Shown here: piece after piece, positions 1-10,215 of the stretch | Position numbering within the stretch: position 1 is the stretch's first letter | Layout: each line of letters opens with the position of its first letter | Source: Alphaproteobacteria bacterium | Lineage (GTDB): Bacteria > Pseudomonadota > Alphaproteobacteria > GCA-2731375 | Length of the DNA: 64,000 nt | Direction: 5' to 3' | Assembly: GCA_965225945.1 (NCBI GenBank) | Contig: CBDDBZ010000039.1 | Span: forward strand, 96,001 to 160,000 | The notes under the pieces: model-generated | The model's input: the letters and a program-made list of their open reading frames with translations, nothing else | Told to the model about the DNA's origin: nothing | Databases searched by the model: none | Translations under genes and position numbers: made by a program

Positions 1-193
1 CAAGAGCCGGCGGCTCTGGCCGGCATCCTTGGAAAGCTTCGCCAAGCGACGCAGCTCCGCCGCATCGAAATCCTCTCGTAACCCGATCGCCGCTCCCATG
101 GTGAACCTCCTCAACTCCGAATCACCGGAATTGAGTCAGAAATCATCCACCATGGGAATCCTCAAAGTGAGTCTCCCTCAAGGCCAATTGGTA
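1..193 (-). mobile_element. IS630-family element, partial (upstream end and start of orfA; truncated by window edge)
   Basis: 1-193 reads identical to 24483-24675 of the complete IS630 copy; ends ...CAATTGGTA followed by TTA. Confidence 0.9.
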
Positions 194-353
194 TTACGGG
201 CCATGGTGAGCATTCCGTTGTTTGTTGAGTTGATGGACTTGCTTATCTGTTTCCCCGAGGTTCGGCAAGGCGGTGGCCGCATCCAATTCGAGCACGTGCG
301 AGAGCCGCAAGGGATTGAGCAACCTGATGTGTGGAAATTCGGAACGCCGTTGA

Positions 354-1565
354 TCAGTCATCCTCTGCTTTCCAAGTGATGTAGGGTTTTTCGGTGGTTT
401 CCCATTTCTCGTCGATTTCGACGAGGATGGCGGTGACCAGACGTTCGAGCGAGGCCTCGTTGGGAAAGACCCTGACCTTTACGGTGCGGCGCTTGATCTC
501 CTGCTGGATGGATCGCTCCATGGGGTTCGAGGTTCGCATGCGCTTTTGGTGGCGCTCGGGCAGGGCGAAGACGGCGAGGCCCTCGGGGATCGCCGTCTCC
601 AGCCAATCGGCGAGCTTGGGGGCGCTATCGCGGTAGGCCGCCACCAGATGGCCCAGCTCGGCCTCGGCGGCCTTGCCGTCGGCGGCGTTCCAGACCCGGC
701 GCAGCTCCTTGCCGATGGCCTTTCGGATGGCGAGGTTGGGGGCGTGATGGATGGCGTTTTGAGCCAGATGGTACTGACAGCGCTGCCAGACGGCGCCGCC
801 GAGGACGGCCTTGCGCGCGGCGCCGAGGCCTGGATGATCATCGGAAACGATATAGGCGACACCGCGCATGCCACGGGCAACCAGGGTCTCCAGGAAGGCG
901 CGCCAGTGCACTTCGGCCTCGGAGAGCGCACAGGAAACACCGAGCACCCGGCGGCGCTGGTCGGGGCCGATGCCGATCACCGAGAGCACGGCGGCGTCGC
1001 GCACCACGCCACCCTCTCGGACTTTCTCATAGCGCGCGTCGAGGAGCAGGTAGCGGATCTCGCCCAGCGGCCGGTTGCGCCAGGCATCCAGCTCCCCATC
1101 CAAGAGCTTGGCGGCGCGGCTGACCTGGCTCGACGACAGGCTCTCCAGGCCGAACTCGCGCATCACCGCCTCGGCGTCACGGGTGGAGACGCCTTTGATA
1201 TACATCTCCGCCACGGCCAGCATGACAGCGCGGCAGGAGCGCCGTCCGCGCTCCAGGGCTTGGGGGTAAAAAGGCGCCTCATGACCGGCGGTCTTGGGAA
1301 CCTCGAGCCTCACCGTACCGGCCGGGGTGTCGATCTTCTTGGGTCTGGTGCCGTTGGCGTATCCCCGCCGCTCGGGCGTGCGCTCATAGTGGCCGGCGCC
1401 CAAGAACCTCTCCCGCTCGATCCGCATGGCGAGATTGAAAAGGCCGGCGAAGACCGTCGCCATGTTCTCGCTACCGCCTTCGATCAATTGTTCCACCAAA
1501 GCCTCGACAGCGCTATCCTGGTCTTTCCGCATACTGGTTCTCCATGTTTGTTTGGACGCTTTCAT
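354..1565 (-). CDS. IS256-family (mutator-type) DDE transposase
   Basis: Motifs LLDARYEKVR, IVSDDHPGL, WQRCQYH, RTSNPMER, VRVFPNEASL. Confidence 0.92.
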   Translation of the reverse strand: MKASKQTWRTSMRKDQDSAVEALVEQLIEGGSENMATVFAGLFNLAMRIERERFLGAGHYERTPERRGYANGTRPKKIDTPAGTVRLEVPKTAGHEAPFYPQALERGRRSCRAVMLAVAEMYIKGVSTRDAEAVMREFGLESLSSSQVSRAAKLLDGELDAWRNRPLGEIRYLLLDARYEKVREGGVVRDAAVLSVIGIGPDQRRRVLGVSCALSEAEVHWRAFLETLVARGMRGVAYIVSDDHPGLGAARKAVLGGAVWQRCQYHLAQNAIHHAPNLAIRKAIGKELRRVWNAADGKAAEAELGHLVAAYRDSAPKLADWLETAIPEGLAVFALPERHQKRMRTSNPMERSIQQEIKRRTVKVRVFPNEASLERLVTAILVEIDEKWETTEKPYITWKAEDD

Positions 1566-1584
1566 GGATAACCAAAATGACGGA

Positions 1585-1620
1585 TCGCCCCGCGCCGGGG
1601 TATACCCCGGCGCGGGGCGA
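1585..1620. repeat. Perfect 36-bp palindrome in the IS256 leader
   Basis: TCGCCCCGCGCCGGGG-TATA-CCCCGGCGCGGGGCGA. Confidence 0.9.
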
Positions 1621-1648
1621 AGCCAAATTTCCAGACCTCACGCTACAC

Positions 1649-2688
1649 AAGCCGGCGGGGTCAGAAAGCTCGGCGTGCCTTGCGTCGTCGACAGACTGAT
1701 CCAGCAAGCCCTGTTGCAGGTCCTTCAACCGCGTTGGGATTCGACGTTTTCCGAGCACAGCTACGGCTTCCGTCCGGGGCGCTCCGCCCATCAGGCCGTC
1801 GCCCAAGCGCAACGTCATGTCGCCGAGGGCTATGGCGTCGTGGTCGATCTCGATCTCGAAAAATTTTTCGACCGGGTGAACCACGACAGCTTGATGGCGC
1901 GGGTCGCCGCGCGGCTGTCCGATAAGCGGGTGCTCAAGCTTATCCGGGCCTTCTTGAAGGCCGGGGTGATGGAAAACGGCTTGGTCAGCCCAGTGGACGA
2001 GGGGACCCCGCAAGGCGGTCCGCTTTCGCCCCTCCTCAGCAATCTCGTGCTCGACGACCTCGACAAGGAGCTGGAACGCCGCGGCCACCGCTTCTGCCGT
2101 TATGCCGATGACTGCAACATCTATGTTCGCAGTCACCGCGCCGGCCAGCGGGTCATGGCCTCGGTGAGCCGGTTCCTGACCAAGAAGCTGCGGCTGAAGG
2201 TCAACGAGGCCAAGAGTGCGGTGGCGCGACCGGAGGCGCGCAAGTTCCTGGGCTTCAGCATCTCGAACGATGGGAGCGAGCGGCGCATCGCGCCACAAGC
2301 GCTCAAGAAGTTCAAGACGCGGATCCGGGACCTCACCCGCCGGACACGGGGGCTCAGCCTCGAGCAGGTGATCGAAGAACTGGCACCATACCTGATCGGT
2401 TGGCGCGGCTATTTCGGTTTCTGCCAGACCCCCCGCGTGCTCACCCATCTGGAAGCCTGGATCCGCCGAAGACTACGAATGTATCTTTGGCGGCAATGGC
2501 GGAACGGGCAAAACCGCTTCAAGGAACTGCGCCGTCGTGGCGTCCCAAAGTTCAATGCAGCGGTCGCAGCCGGTTCACCGACCGGGTTCTGGCGCATGTC
2601 CGGACACCCGGCGGTCCAAATGGCCCTGCGAAACCACGCTTTCGACTCATTCGGTCTCCCCAGACTCCATGTCTCTGCCCATGCTTAA
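1649..2688 (+). pseudogene. ltrA: Group II intron reverse transcriptase/maturase, 5'-truncated at the IS256 end; no endonuclease domain
   Basis: GVRKLGVP..DRLIQQA, DLEKFFDRVNH, GTPQGGPLSPLLSN, RYADD, FLGF and domain X (GWRGYF); homology starts exactly at the IS end. Confidence 0.9.
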
Positions 2689-2695
2689 CCCGGTC

Positions 2696-2771
2696 GAACC
2701 GCCGAGGTACGTGACCCGTATGCCAGGTGGTGTGGGAGGGGCGGCGCCGCGAGGCGCCCCCCTATCCCGAT
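2696..2771 (+). ncRNA. Group II intron (class C/IIC-like) domains V-VI and 3' splice site
   Basis: GAACCGCCG...GTGGTGTGGGAGG domain V with CGC-type triad, then domain VI hairpin ending CCCTATCCCGAT. Confidence 0.85.
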
Positions 2772-2915
2772 CGTTGACCCAAAGGAGACCTCATGCGCAT
2801 TTTCTCGTTGATCCTAAAGCGCGTTGAATTTCCTCGTCAGCGTCATGGCGGGATCACCCTGTTGATGAGCGGCGCAACGTGGTGAGTTTGCCTTCCAGGG
2901 AATTGGGAGGTGGCT

Positions 2916-3263
2916 ATGGACGAAGTGCACCATACGACTGACAGCAAGCTCGCGGCGTTTCATGAAGTGACGGTCATCGACGGTTCGGCGCGGCGGCGGC
3001 GTTGGTCGGCCGAGGAGAAGGCGCGGATCGTATCCGAGAGCCTGGACCCGGCGGTGAGCGTTTCCGCCGTGGCGCAACGCCATGGCCTCAATCCCAATCA
3101 GCTCTATGGCTGGCGGCGTCAATTTCGCCAAGAGGCGGTGCAGCGCCATGCGGCGGCGAGTGGAACTACGCCGCTACCCTCGACAAAGCCGCATAGCCCC
3201 CGTCAATCGTGTCCGGCCCGCGACGCTAACATCTCCTCTGTCATCCTCACTCTGCTAGTCTAG
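2916..3263 (+). pseudogene. IS66-family TnpA (HTH) remnant; no tnpB/tnpC follow
   Basis: RRRRWSAEEKARIVSES...VSAVAQRHGLNPNQLYGWRRQF; IS66-like end GTCAGCGTC at 2836. Confidence 0.75.
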
Positions 3264-3285
3264 GTCGTGGAGGGAGCTATCGCAG

Positions 3286-3458
3286 ATGGCGGACGATATT
3301 CGTCAGTGGTTGGAAGAGCTCGGACTCGGCAAGTATGTTGAACTTTTCGCCGAGAATGATATCGACTTGGTCGCCCTGCCGCACATTACCGAAGAAGACC
3401 TGAAGGAACTCGGCGTCACGCTTGGCGCTCGTCGTAAGATATTGTTAAGCGTTCTCGG
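3286..3458 (+). pseudogene. SAM-domain N-terminus (typical of SAM-adenylate/guanylate cyclase proteins), cut by insertions
   Basis: IRQWLEELGLGKYVELFAENDID...EDLKELGVTLGARRKIL; RBS-like GGAGGGAG upstream; IS begins at 3459. Confidence 0.75.
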
Positions 3459-3524
3459 TGAGTCGGACCCGATTTCCTTGGACACAGAATTGGCTTAATC
3501 GAAGTGTCCAAGGAGGACCGGAAC

Positions 3525-3935
3525 ATGACCGACAATTTTGAGAACAAAGTTGCTGTTGATGGGCCTGTGGTAAACGAGGGCGAGCTTGGCTCGTCCACGT
3601 TTTCCCCGGGCCAGGTTTCGCCGGCAGGCCCGCTGGGACTTGGCCAGCGGTGGACGGTGACGCGCAAGCGTGAGGTTGCCCTGCGGCTTTTGCGTGGCGA
3701 GCCGGTGGAACTTTTGTCGCGGCAGTTGGGCGTGGAGATTTTCCGGCTCGAGCAGTGGCGTGAGAAGGCGATCGCCGGGATCGATGCCTCGCTCAAGGAA
3801 CGCAAGGGCGATCCGGTAAAGGCGGAACTGGACATCGCCATGAAGCGGATCGGGGAGTTGATCATGCAGGTGGAACTGCTGGAGGCCAAGACGGAGACGT
3901 CCGGCCCTTTGGGGCGGCGGAGGTCGCGGCGATGA
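3525..3935 (+). CDS. IS OrfA (HTH)
   Basis: RWTVTRKREVALRLLRGEPVELLSRQLGV; AGGAGG RBS; ATGA overlap with orfB. Confidence 0.75.
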   Translation: MTDNFENKVAVDGPVVNEGELGSSTFSPGQVSPAGPLGLGQRWTVTRKREVALRLLRGEPVELLSRQLGVEIFRLEQWREKAIAGIDASLKERKGDPVKAELDIAMKRIGELIMQVELLEAKTETSGPLGRRRSRR

Positions 3936-4843
3936 GTGCCGCCACCTCTCCCGGCACGGGTTTGGCCTACGGCCTCCAGCGGGTCTGTGCGGCCTGGGGT
4001 TTTGCCCGTTCCTCGTTCTACGCCATGAAATCCCGGCAGCAGGCCACCGCTGAGCGCCCACCAGCAAAGCGCCGGGGACCGAAGCCCTCGATCTCGGACG
4101 AGGCTCTGCTGGTGGCCATCGAGGCCGACCTGGAGGCATCCCCCTGGGAGGGCGAGGGACACCGCAAGGTCTGGGCTCGGCTTCGGGTCTGTCGTGGCAT
4201 CCGTGTTTCCCGCAAGCGGGTGCTCCGGGTGATGCGCGAGAACAACCTGCTCTCGCCCCATCGCTGCCGCCGCCGTGGCGGAAATCCCCATGTCGGTGAG
4301 ATCATCACCCATGCCCCCAACCTCATGTGGGGCACGGACGGCGTTCGGGTGTTCACGGTGGACGACGGCTGGGGCTGGATATTCACCGCCATCGAGCATT
4401 GGAACGCCGAGTGCGTCGGCTGGCATGTGTGCAAGCGAGGCGACCGCTTCGCCGCCCTTCAGCCGATCTCCATGGGGCTTGCGAGGCTGTATGCCTCGAC
4501 CTCCGCCGGTGCGGCGCGGGGGCTGGCCTTGCGGATGGATCACGGCTCCCAGTATCTGTCGGACCACTTCACCAACCAGATCAAGTTCTGGGGCATCCAG
4601 CCGTCCTACGCCTTCGTCGAACAGCCCCAGACCAACGGCGTCGCCGAGAGGTTCAATCGCACGCTCAAGGAACAGATCATCCATGGCCGCATCTACCGCA
4701 ACATCGCGGAGCTGCGGAACGCCGTCCGCGGGTTCGTCGAACAGTACAATGCCCAGTGGATCGTGGAGAAGAACGGCTACCTGAGCCCCGCTCAAGCTCG
4801 TCAGGCGTGGCACACCGCGATGTCACTCAGGCCCGCCGCATGA
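3932..4843 (+). CDS. IS OrfB, rve/DDE integrase core
   Basis: GHRKVWARLR, WGTDG, LRMDHGSQY, PQTNGVAERFNRTLKE. Confidence 0.88.
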   Translation: MSAATSPGTGLAYGLQRVCAAWGFARSSFYAMKSRQQATAERPPAKRRGPKPSISDEALLVAIEADLEASPWEGEGHRKVWARLRVCRGIRVSRKRVLRVMRENNLLSPHRCRRRGGNPHVGEIITHAPNLMWGTDGVRVFTVDDGWGWIFTAIEHWNAECVGWHVCKRGDRFAALQPISMGLARLYASTSAGAARGLALRMDHGSQYLSDHFTNQIKFWGIQPSYAFVEQPQTNGVAERFNRTLKEQIIHGRIYRNIAELRNAVRGFVEQYNAQWIVEKNGYLSPAQARQAWHTAMSLRPAA

Positions 4844-4878
4844 GACAAACTTGTGTCCAAGGAACCGGGTGCGATACA

Positions 4879-4957
4879 TTAAGCGTTGTCGGACACCTGC
4901 CGAGGCGCAGGGGTTGCATCCGGCGGACTGGATCGGCAGGTGTCGGACAACGCTCAA
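4879..4957. repeat. 25-bp imperfect inverted repeat at the probable end of the IS91-like element
   Basis: TTAAGCGTTGTCGGACACCTGCCGA (4879-4903) vs TCGGCAGGTGTCGGACAACGCTCAA (4933-4957), 23/25. Confidence 0.8.
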
Positions 4958-5765
4958 GGGAGGAAACCGCGGGCAGGACTAGGCTCGGCGGTGCGGCACG
5001 CTCGGTCTATGGGGATTTGCGAGCGGCGGGCCAGCTTTCTCGGGTGGCCGGCGCTGCTGGATGGCTCGGATCTGATTGGCGACGACACCGGCAGGGTGGT
5101 TTGATGGCGACTTCGGGTCGATGCCGGCGGGTCTCGCAGGTGGTTCCCTGCGCGCTCGATGGTGTTGCGGCGAGCGGGATCGTGGCCGCGGGTGAGCGGC
5201 GGCAATAGCGTTATTCGAAGCGGTGTCGGTCATGCTGCCGTGGCCCTGGCCAGGGGCCGTGCACGGGGCGGGGCGCGTGGTTGGGCGCCGGCCTCGAAGC
5301 GCTCGATGACGATCATACGGCCGCCGCACTGCGGGCAGGGCTCTGAGAGGGACGGCGGTTCGGTATCATCGTCACTCGCGGCATCGTCGGCCTCACTCTC
5401 CGGTGCCGGCATGGCAAGCAGTTCGCGGGCAAGGGAGATGTTGCGGGTGCGACCGCCGTTGGCGAAGAGGCCGTAATGGCGGATGCGGTGAAAGCCCGAG
5501 GGCAGGACATGGAGGAGGAAGCGGCGGATGAACTCGGGCACGGCCAGGGGCAAGGTCTTGTAGCGCTCGCGTCCTTTGCGCCGGTAGTCCTTGTACTTGA
5601 AGATGACGCCTTGGCTGTCGCAGCTGACCAGGCGGCTGTTCGAGATGGCGTGTGGAACGGCGTGCAAAGTTGACCCCTGTTGAGGGGTGATCGGCGTCCA
5701 AATTTGACCCCCTGAGCCTGGCTAGTCCAAGTCACCTCGTTTTTGGGCGGACGAGGTGGTGGGGG

Positions 5766-7277
5766 ATGTTGGTCGTGGAGACGATAGCGCGGATCCGGCG
5801 GGAGTATTTCGTCAAGGGGAAGCCGATCAAGGAGATCGTGCGGGACGTGAAGGTCTCGGGCAACACGGTGCGCAAGGTGATCCGTTCGCAGGCGACGGCG
5901 TTCACCTACGACCGGCGGGTCCAGCCGATGCCGAAGCTGGGGCCGTGGACGGCCGAGCTGGAGCGGATGCTGGAGGCCAACGAGACCAAGTCGAAGCGGG
6001 AGCGGCTGACGCTGCTACGGATCTCCGAAGCCCTCGAGGGTCTGGGCTATGGCGGCGGCTACGACGCGGTGCGGCGCTACGCCAAGGCGTGGCGGTGGCG
6101 CCGTTCGGCATCGACGGCGCAGACCTATGTGCCGTTGGTGTTCTCGCCGGGCGAGGCCTATCAGTTCGACTGGAGCCACGAGTACGTGGTGCTGGCGGGG
6201 GTGACGACCAAGGTCAAGGTCGCGCACGTCCGGCTGTGCCACAGCCGAATGTTCTTCGTCCGCGCTTATCCGCGCGAGAGCCAGGAGATGGTGTTCGACG
6301 CCCACGACCGGGCATTCCGGCTGTTCCAGGGTGCCTGCCGGCGAGGCATCTACGACAACATGAAGACGGCGGTGCAGACCGTCCTCATCGGCAAGGAGCG
6401 CGCGTTCAACCGGCGCTTCGTGCAGATGTGTGGCCACTACCTGGTCGAACCGACAGCATGCACGCCGGGAGCGGGATGGGAGAAGGGGCAGGTCGAGAAC
6501 CAGGTCGGGATCATCCGCGGTCGGTTCTTCACCCCGCGGCTGCGCTTCAAGACCTACGACGAACTCAACGCCTGGCTCTTGGACCAGTGCGTCGCCTACG
6601 CCCGGCGTCATCCCCACCCGGTGTTCAAGGACAGGACTGTCTGGCAGGTGTTCGAGGACGAGCGTCCGTCCCTGGTCGGCTATCGCGGGCCGTTCGACGG
6701 CTTCCACGCGGTCCCGGCGTCGGTGTCGAAGACCTGCCTGGTGCGCTTCGACAGCAACAAGTACAGCGTGGCGGCGCGCGCCGTCGGCCGTCCGGTCGAG
6801 GTCCATGCCTACGCCGATCGCATCGTCATCCGCCAGGACGGCGAGATCGTCGCCGAGCATGCCCGGCGCTTCGGCCGCGACCAGACCGTCTATGACCCGT
6901 GGCACTACGTGCCCGTGCTGGCGAGGAAGCCCGGTGCGCTTCGTAACGGCGCGCCGTTCAAGGACTGGGCGCTGCCCGGCGCCCTGGGTCGCGTGCGCGT
7001 CCGGCTCGCCGGCCACGACGACGGCGACAGGCAGATGGTCGAGATCCTCACCGCCGTGCTGGCGGATGGGCTGGCGGCGGTGGAGGCCGCCTGTGCCGAG
7101 GCGCTCGCTGGCGGCGTGTGCAGCGCCGACGTCGTGCTCAACATCCTCAATCGTCGGCGCCAGCCGTCCGAGACGGCGCCGATCCCGACGCCCGCGAACC
7201 TGCGTCTTCGCTTTGAGCCGGTGGCCGATTGCACCCGCTACGACCGCTTGAGGGGGGTCGGCCATGGAGCGCCATGA
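5766..7277 (+). CDS. istA: IS21 transposase IstA
   Basis: [29 protein letters not shown]. Confidence 0.93.
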   Translation: MLVVETIARIRREYFVKGKPIKEIVRDVKVSGNTVRKVIRSQATAFTYDRRVQPMPKLGPWTAELERMLEANETKSKRERLTLLRISEALEGLGYGGGYDAVRRYAKAWRWRRSASTAQTYVPLVFSPGEAYQFDWSHEYVVLAGVTTKVKVAHVRLCHSRMFFVRAYPRESQEMVFDAHDRAFRLFQGACRRGIYDNMKTAVQTVLIGKERAFNRRFVQMCGHYLVEPTACTPGAGWEKGQVENQVGIIRGRFFTPRLRFKTYDELNAWLLDQCVAYARRHPHPVFKDRTVWQVFEDERPSLVGYRGPFDGFHAVPASVSKTCLVRFDSNKYSVAARAVGRPVEVHAYADRIVIRQDGEIVAEHARRFGRDQTVYDPWHYVPVLARKPGALRNGAPFKDWALPGALGRVRVRLAGHDDGDRQMVEILTAVLADGLAAVEAACAEALAGGVCSADVVLNILNRRRQPSETAPIPTPANLRLRFEPVADCTRYDRLRGVGHGAP

Positions 7278-7992
7278 GGTCCTGGAGATGATGGCCGCAC
7301 TCAAGCTCGCCGGCATGCGCGACGCGTTCGACGAGGTGCTCGCCGACGGCCTCAAGCGCCAGCATCCGATGCAGCGAATCATCGGCGAGCTGTTGAAGGC
7401 CGAGATCGCCGACAAGCAGGCGCGATCCATCAAGTACCAGATGAGTGGCGCCAAGCTGCCGCTGGCCAAGGAGCTGGCCGACTTCGACTTCACCGACACC
7501 CCGGTCAACGAGCCGCTGGTCCGCGAGTTGGCGGTCGGCGGCTTCCTGGCCAACCAGCGCAACGCCGTGCTGATCGGCGGCACCGGCACCGGCAAGAGCC
7601 ATCTCGCCGTCGCCATCGCGCGGGCCTGCATCCGCGATGGCGCCCGGGGCCGCTTCTTCAACGTCGTCGACCTGGTCAACCGGCTCGAGGCCGAAGCCCG
7701 CGCCGGCCGCCAGGGCCGGCTCGCCGATCAGCTGGCCCGGCGCGACCTCGTCATCCTCGACGAGCTCGGCTACCTGCCCTTCGCCCAAACCGGAGGCCAG
7801 CTGCTGTTCCACCTCGTCAGCCGGCTCTACGAGCGCACCTCGATCATCGTCACCACCAACCTGACCTTCGGCGAATGGCCGTCCGTCTTCGGCGACGCCA
7901 AGATGACCACCGCGCTCCTCGATCGTCTGACGCACCACTGCGAGATCATCGAGACCGGAAACGACTCCTGGCGCTTCAAGAATCGGTCCTAA
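7264..7992 (+). CDS. istB: IS21 helper ATPase IstB
   Basis: Walker [10 protein letters not shown], Walker [19 protein letters not shown]. Confidence 0.94.
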   Translation: MERHEVLEMMAALKLAGMRDAFDEVLADGLKRQHPMQRIIGELLKAEIADKQARSIKYQMSGAKLPLAKELADFDFTDTPVNEPLVRELAVGGFLANQRNAVLIGGTGTGKSHLAVAIARACIRDGARGRFFNVVDLVNRLEAEARAGRQGRLADQLARRDLVILDELGYLPFAQTGGQLLFHLVSRLYERTSIIVTTNLTFGEWPSVFGDAKMTTALLDRLTHHCEIIETGNDSWRFKNRS

Positions 7993-9010
7993 AGGCAACC
8001 GATCCACCTGCCGCCCGGTCGCCCAGGTGGGCCCACAGGAACCTCCCACGCGCGGTCCGCCGCCAGCCGCGTGGTGGGCGCGTCGGCCCGCGCGCGGGCC
8101 CCTCCTATGGACTACCTGTACGACCTCCGCCGTGCATCCCCAAAGGGGTCAACATTGCACGCCGATAGGGGGTCAATGTTCAACGCCGATTGACAAGATG
8201 GCGACACGGTGGGTGTAGCGGGAGAGATAGGCGAGCACGGCCTCTGGTCCGCCGAAGGGCGGCTTGGCGTAGACGACCCATTCTTGTTTGCGCATCGGTG
8301 CGAGGAAGACACGGAAGGCCGCCGGCTCGGCGAGGCTGGTGTGGTCGGTGAAGAACTTCAGGCGCCCTGCCTCGTGGGCGGCGAGGAGCTTCTCGATGAA
8401 GAGGCGGCGGAAGAGGCGCGAGAGCACGCGGACGGGCAGGAAGAAGCCGGGCCGGCAAGAGATCCAACTGCTACCGTCAGGTGAGATTCCGCCACCCGGC
8501 ACGATCATGTGGATGTGGGGATGGTGGGTCATGGCCGAGCCCCAGGTGTGGAGCACGGCGGTGATGCCGATCTTGGCGCCGAGATGCTTGGGATCGGCGG
8601 CGATGGTGAGCATGGTCTCGGCGCTCGCCTTGAACAGGATATCGTAGATCACCGACTTGTTCTGATAGGCGATGTCGGCGATCGCCGCTGGCAGGGTGAA
8701 GACGAGATGGTAGTAGGGGACGGAGAGCAGTTCGGCCTCTCGCGCCGCCAGCCATTCGCGCGCGACCTGGCCTTGGCATTTGGGACAATGGCGGTTGCGA
8801 CAGGAATTGTAGGCGATGTGGTTCTGCCCGCAGTCCTCGCAGGCCGCGACATGACCGCCGAGCGCGGCGGTGCGGCAACACTCGATCGCCGACATGACCT
8901 TCAGTTGGCCGAGGCTCAGACGACCGGCCCGGGCCCGACGGAAGCCGGGCCCGTGGTCGCGGAAGATGTCCTGGACCTCGAGCGCGGGACGCGGCACCGA
9001 GGCCGCCGGC

Positions 9011-9916
9011 TCACTTCGGCGGCTTGCGCTTGGTCTTGGGCGTCGGCGGCTCGAGCAGGTCCAGTGGGCTCTTGGCGCGCCGCAAGGTGGTGCTGGCGAC
9101 CTGGGTGTAGTGAGCCGTGGTCTCCAGCTTCTTGTGCCCCAGTAGAACCTGGATCACGCGGATGTCGACGCCCTGTTCGAGGAGATGGGTGGCGAAGCAG
9201 TGGCGCAGCGTGTGAAGCGAGATCCGCTTCTCGATCCCCGCCCCCGCCTTGGCGCCATCGAGGGCGCGACGGAGCTGGCGGGTGGTCAACGGGTTGACCG
9301 GGTTCTGGCCTGGAAACAGCCAACCGCCGGGCAGCATCACGCCGCGGGCGCGGCCAAGCAACCACCAGACCCTGAGCTGCTCGACGGCGCGATCCGAGAG
9401 CATGGCGTAGCGATCTCGGCGGCCCTTACCTTGCTCGATGCGAAGCGTCTTGCGGTTGCTGTCGATGTCCGGGACCTTGAGATGGACCACCTCCGAAGCG
9501 CGCAGGCCGGCGCCATAGGCCAGCGAAAAGGCCGCCTTGTATTTGGGACCGGGGGCGGCATCGAGAAGCCGCGCCATTTCCTCGACGCTCAGGATCACCG
9601 GCAGCTTGCGCGGCATTGCCACCGTCGTCATGCCGATCTCGGCGTCGCCTCGGCCGAGCGTGACGCCGAAGAAGAACCGCAATGCCGAGACCGCCGCGTT
9701 CATCGTCGTCGCCGATGCGCCTGCTTTGCGCATATGCACTTGATAGCGCCTGAGATCCTCCGCCTCCGCCCGATCCGGAGAGCGTGCGAGAAAGTCGGAA
9801 AAGCCGGCCACCGCACTGATGTAGCCGCGCTGCGTGTTGGCACTGAAGCCGCGAAGCACCATGTCGTCGATCATGCGCTGGCGCAGCGGGCTGATGGTCT
9901 TGTCACTATCGGTCAT
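9011..9916 (-). CDS. Tyrosine recombinase/integrase
   Basis: ISPLRQRMIDDM N-terminus; GLRASE, GKG, HTLRHCFATHLLE, LLGH, TAHYT. Confidence 0.92.
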   Translation of the reverse strand: MTDSDKTISPLRQRMIDDMVLRGFSANTQRGYISAVAGFSDFLARSPDRAEAEDLRRYQVHMRKAGASATTMNAAVSALRFFFGVTLGRGDAEIGMTTVAMPRKLPVILSVEEMARLLDAAPGPKYKAAFSLAYGAGLRASEVVHLKVPDIDSNRKTLRIEQGKGRRDRYAMLSDRAVEQLRVWWLLGRARGVMLPGGWLFPGQNPVNPLTTRQLRRALDGAKAGAGIEKRISLHTLRHCFATHLLEQGVDIRVIQVLLGHKKLETTAHYTQVASTTLRRAKSPLDLLEPPTPKTKRKPPK

Positions 9917-9942
9917 GGGTCTGCTCCCGTGTTGCGTGAGCT

Positions 9943-10192
9943 TCGGAACTCCAAACCTCAACACAGGATCGACCCATCCGTTACGCCACCGACCTCACCG
10001 CCCGGCACCACGAACTACCGCTGAAAGCGGTTTCGTTCTGTGGCTATACCCGGGCGTGGCCCAGTTGCGATCGGAACTCCAAACCTCAACACAGGATCGA
10101 CCCATCCGTTACGCCACCGACCTCACCGCCCGGCACCACGAACTACCGCTGAAAGCGGTTTCGTTCTATGGCTATACCCGGGCGTGGCCCAG
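9943..10192. repeat. Tandem direct repeat, 122-bp unit, period 128 bp
   Basis: 9943-10064 and 10071-10192 differ at one base (TTCTGTGG vs TTCTATGG). Confidence 0.92.
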
Positions 10193-10215
10193 GCGATGAA
10201 GCCCATGGCGTGCCG

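Larger units (their letters stand above)
317..1648 (-). mobile_element. IS256-family insertion sequence
   Basis: Imperfect TIRs GAGCAACCTGATGTGTGGAAATT (317) / AATTTCCAGACCTCACGCTACAC (ends 1648) around a mutator-type transposase; flanks do not form a target duplication. Confidence 0.85.
3459..4878 (+). mobile_element. IS3-family-like insertion sequence (TG...CA ends, two ORFs)
   Basis: TIRs TGAGTCGGACCCGATTTCCTTGGACACA / TGTGTCCAAGGAACCGGGTGCGATACA. Confidence 0.85.
5651..8195 (+). mobile_element. IS21-family element with 8-bp target duplication AGATGGCG
   Basis: TG...CA ends with repeated TTGACCCC/GGGGTCAA subterminal motifs; AGATGGCG at 5643-5650 and 8196-8203. Confidence 0.93.
5230..8997 (-). 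pseudogene. IS91-family transposase (Zn-binding + Y2/HUH), split by IS21
   Basis: N-part CRTAALGGH..YNSCRNRHCPKCQ..HPHIH..YLSRYTHRVAI joins C-part SNSRL..FIRRFLLHVLPSGFHRIRHYG when IS21 and one duplication are removed. Confidence 0.9.
4879..10038 (-). mobile_element. IS91-like element encoding a tyrosine recombinase plus Y2 transposase; boundaries approximate
   Basis: Adjacent co-oriented integrase and IS91-type tnp; related end motifs GGAGGAAACCGC (4959-4970) and GCGGTTTCGTTC (10027-10038) in inverted orientation. Confidence 0.7.

Noticed and set aside
1426-1650. N-terminal part of the 420-aa RT ORF
   Set aside because: Derived from the antisense of IS256, not RT sequence.
9943-10192. CRISPR array
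   Set aside because: Only two long units, no unique spacers, no cas genes.
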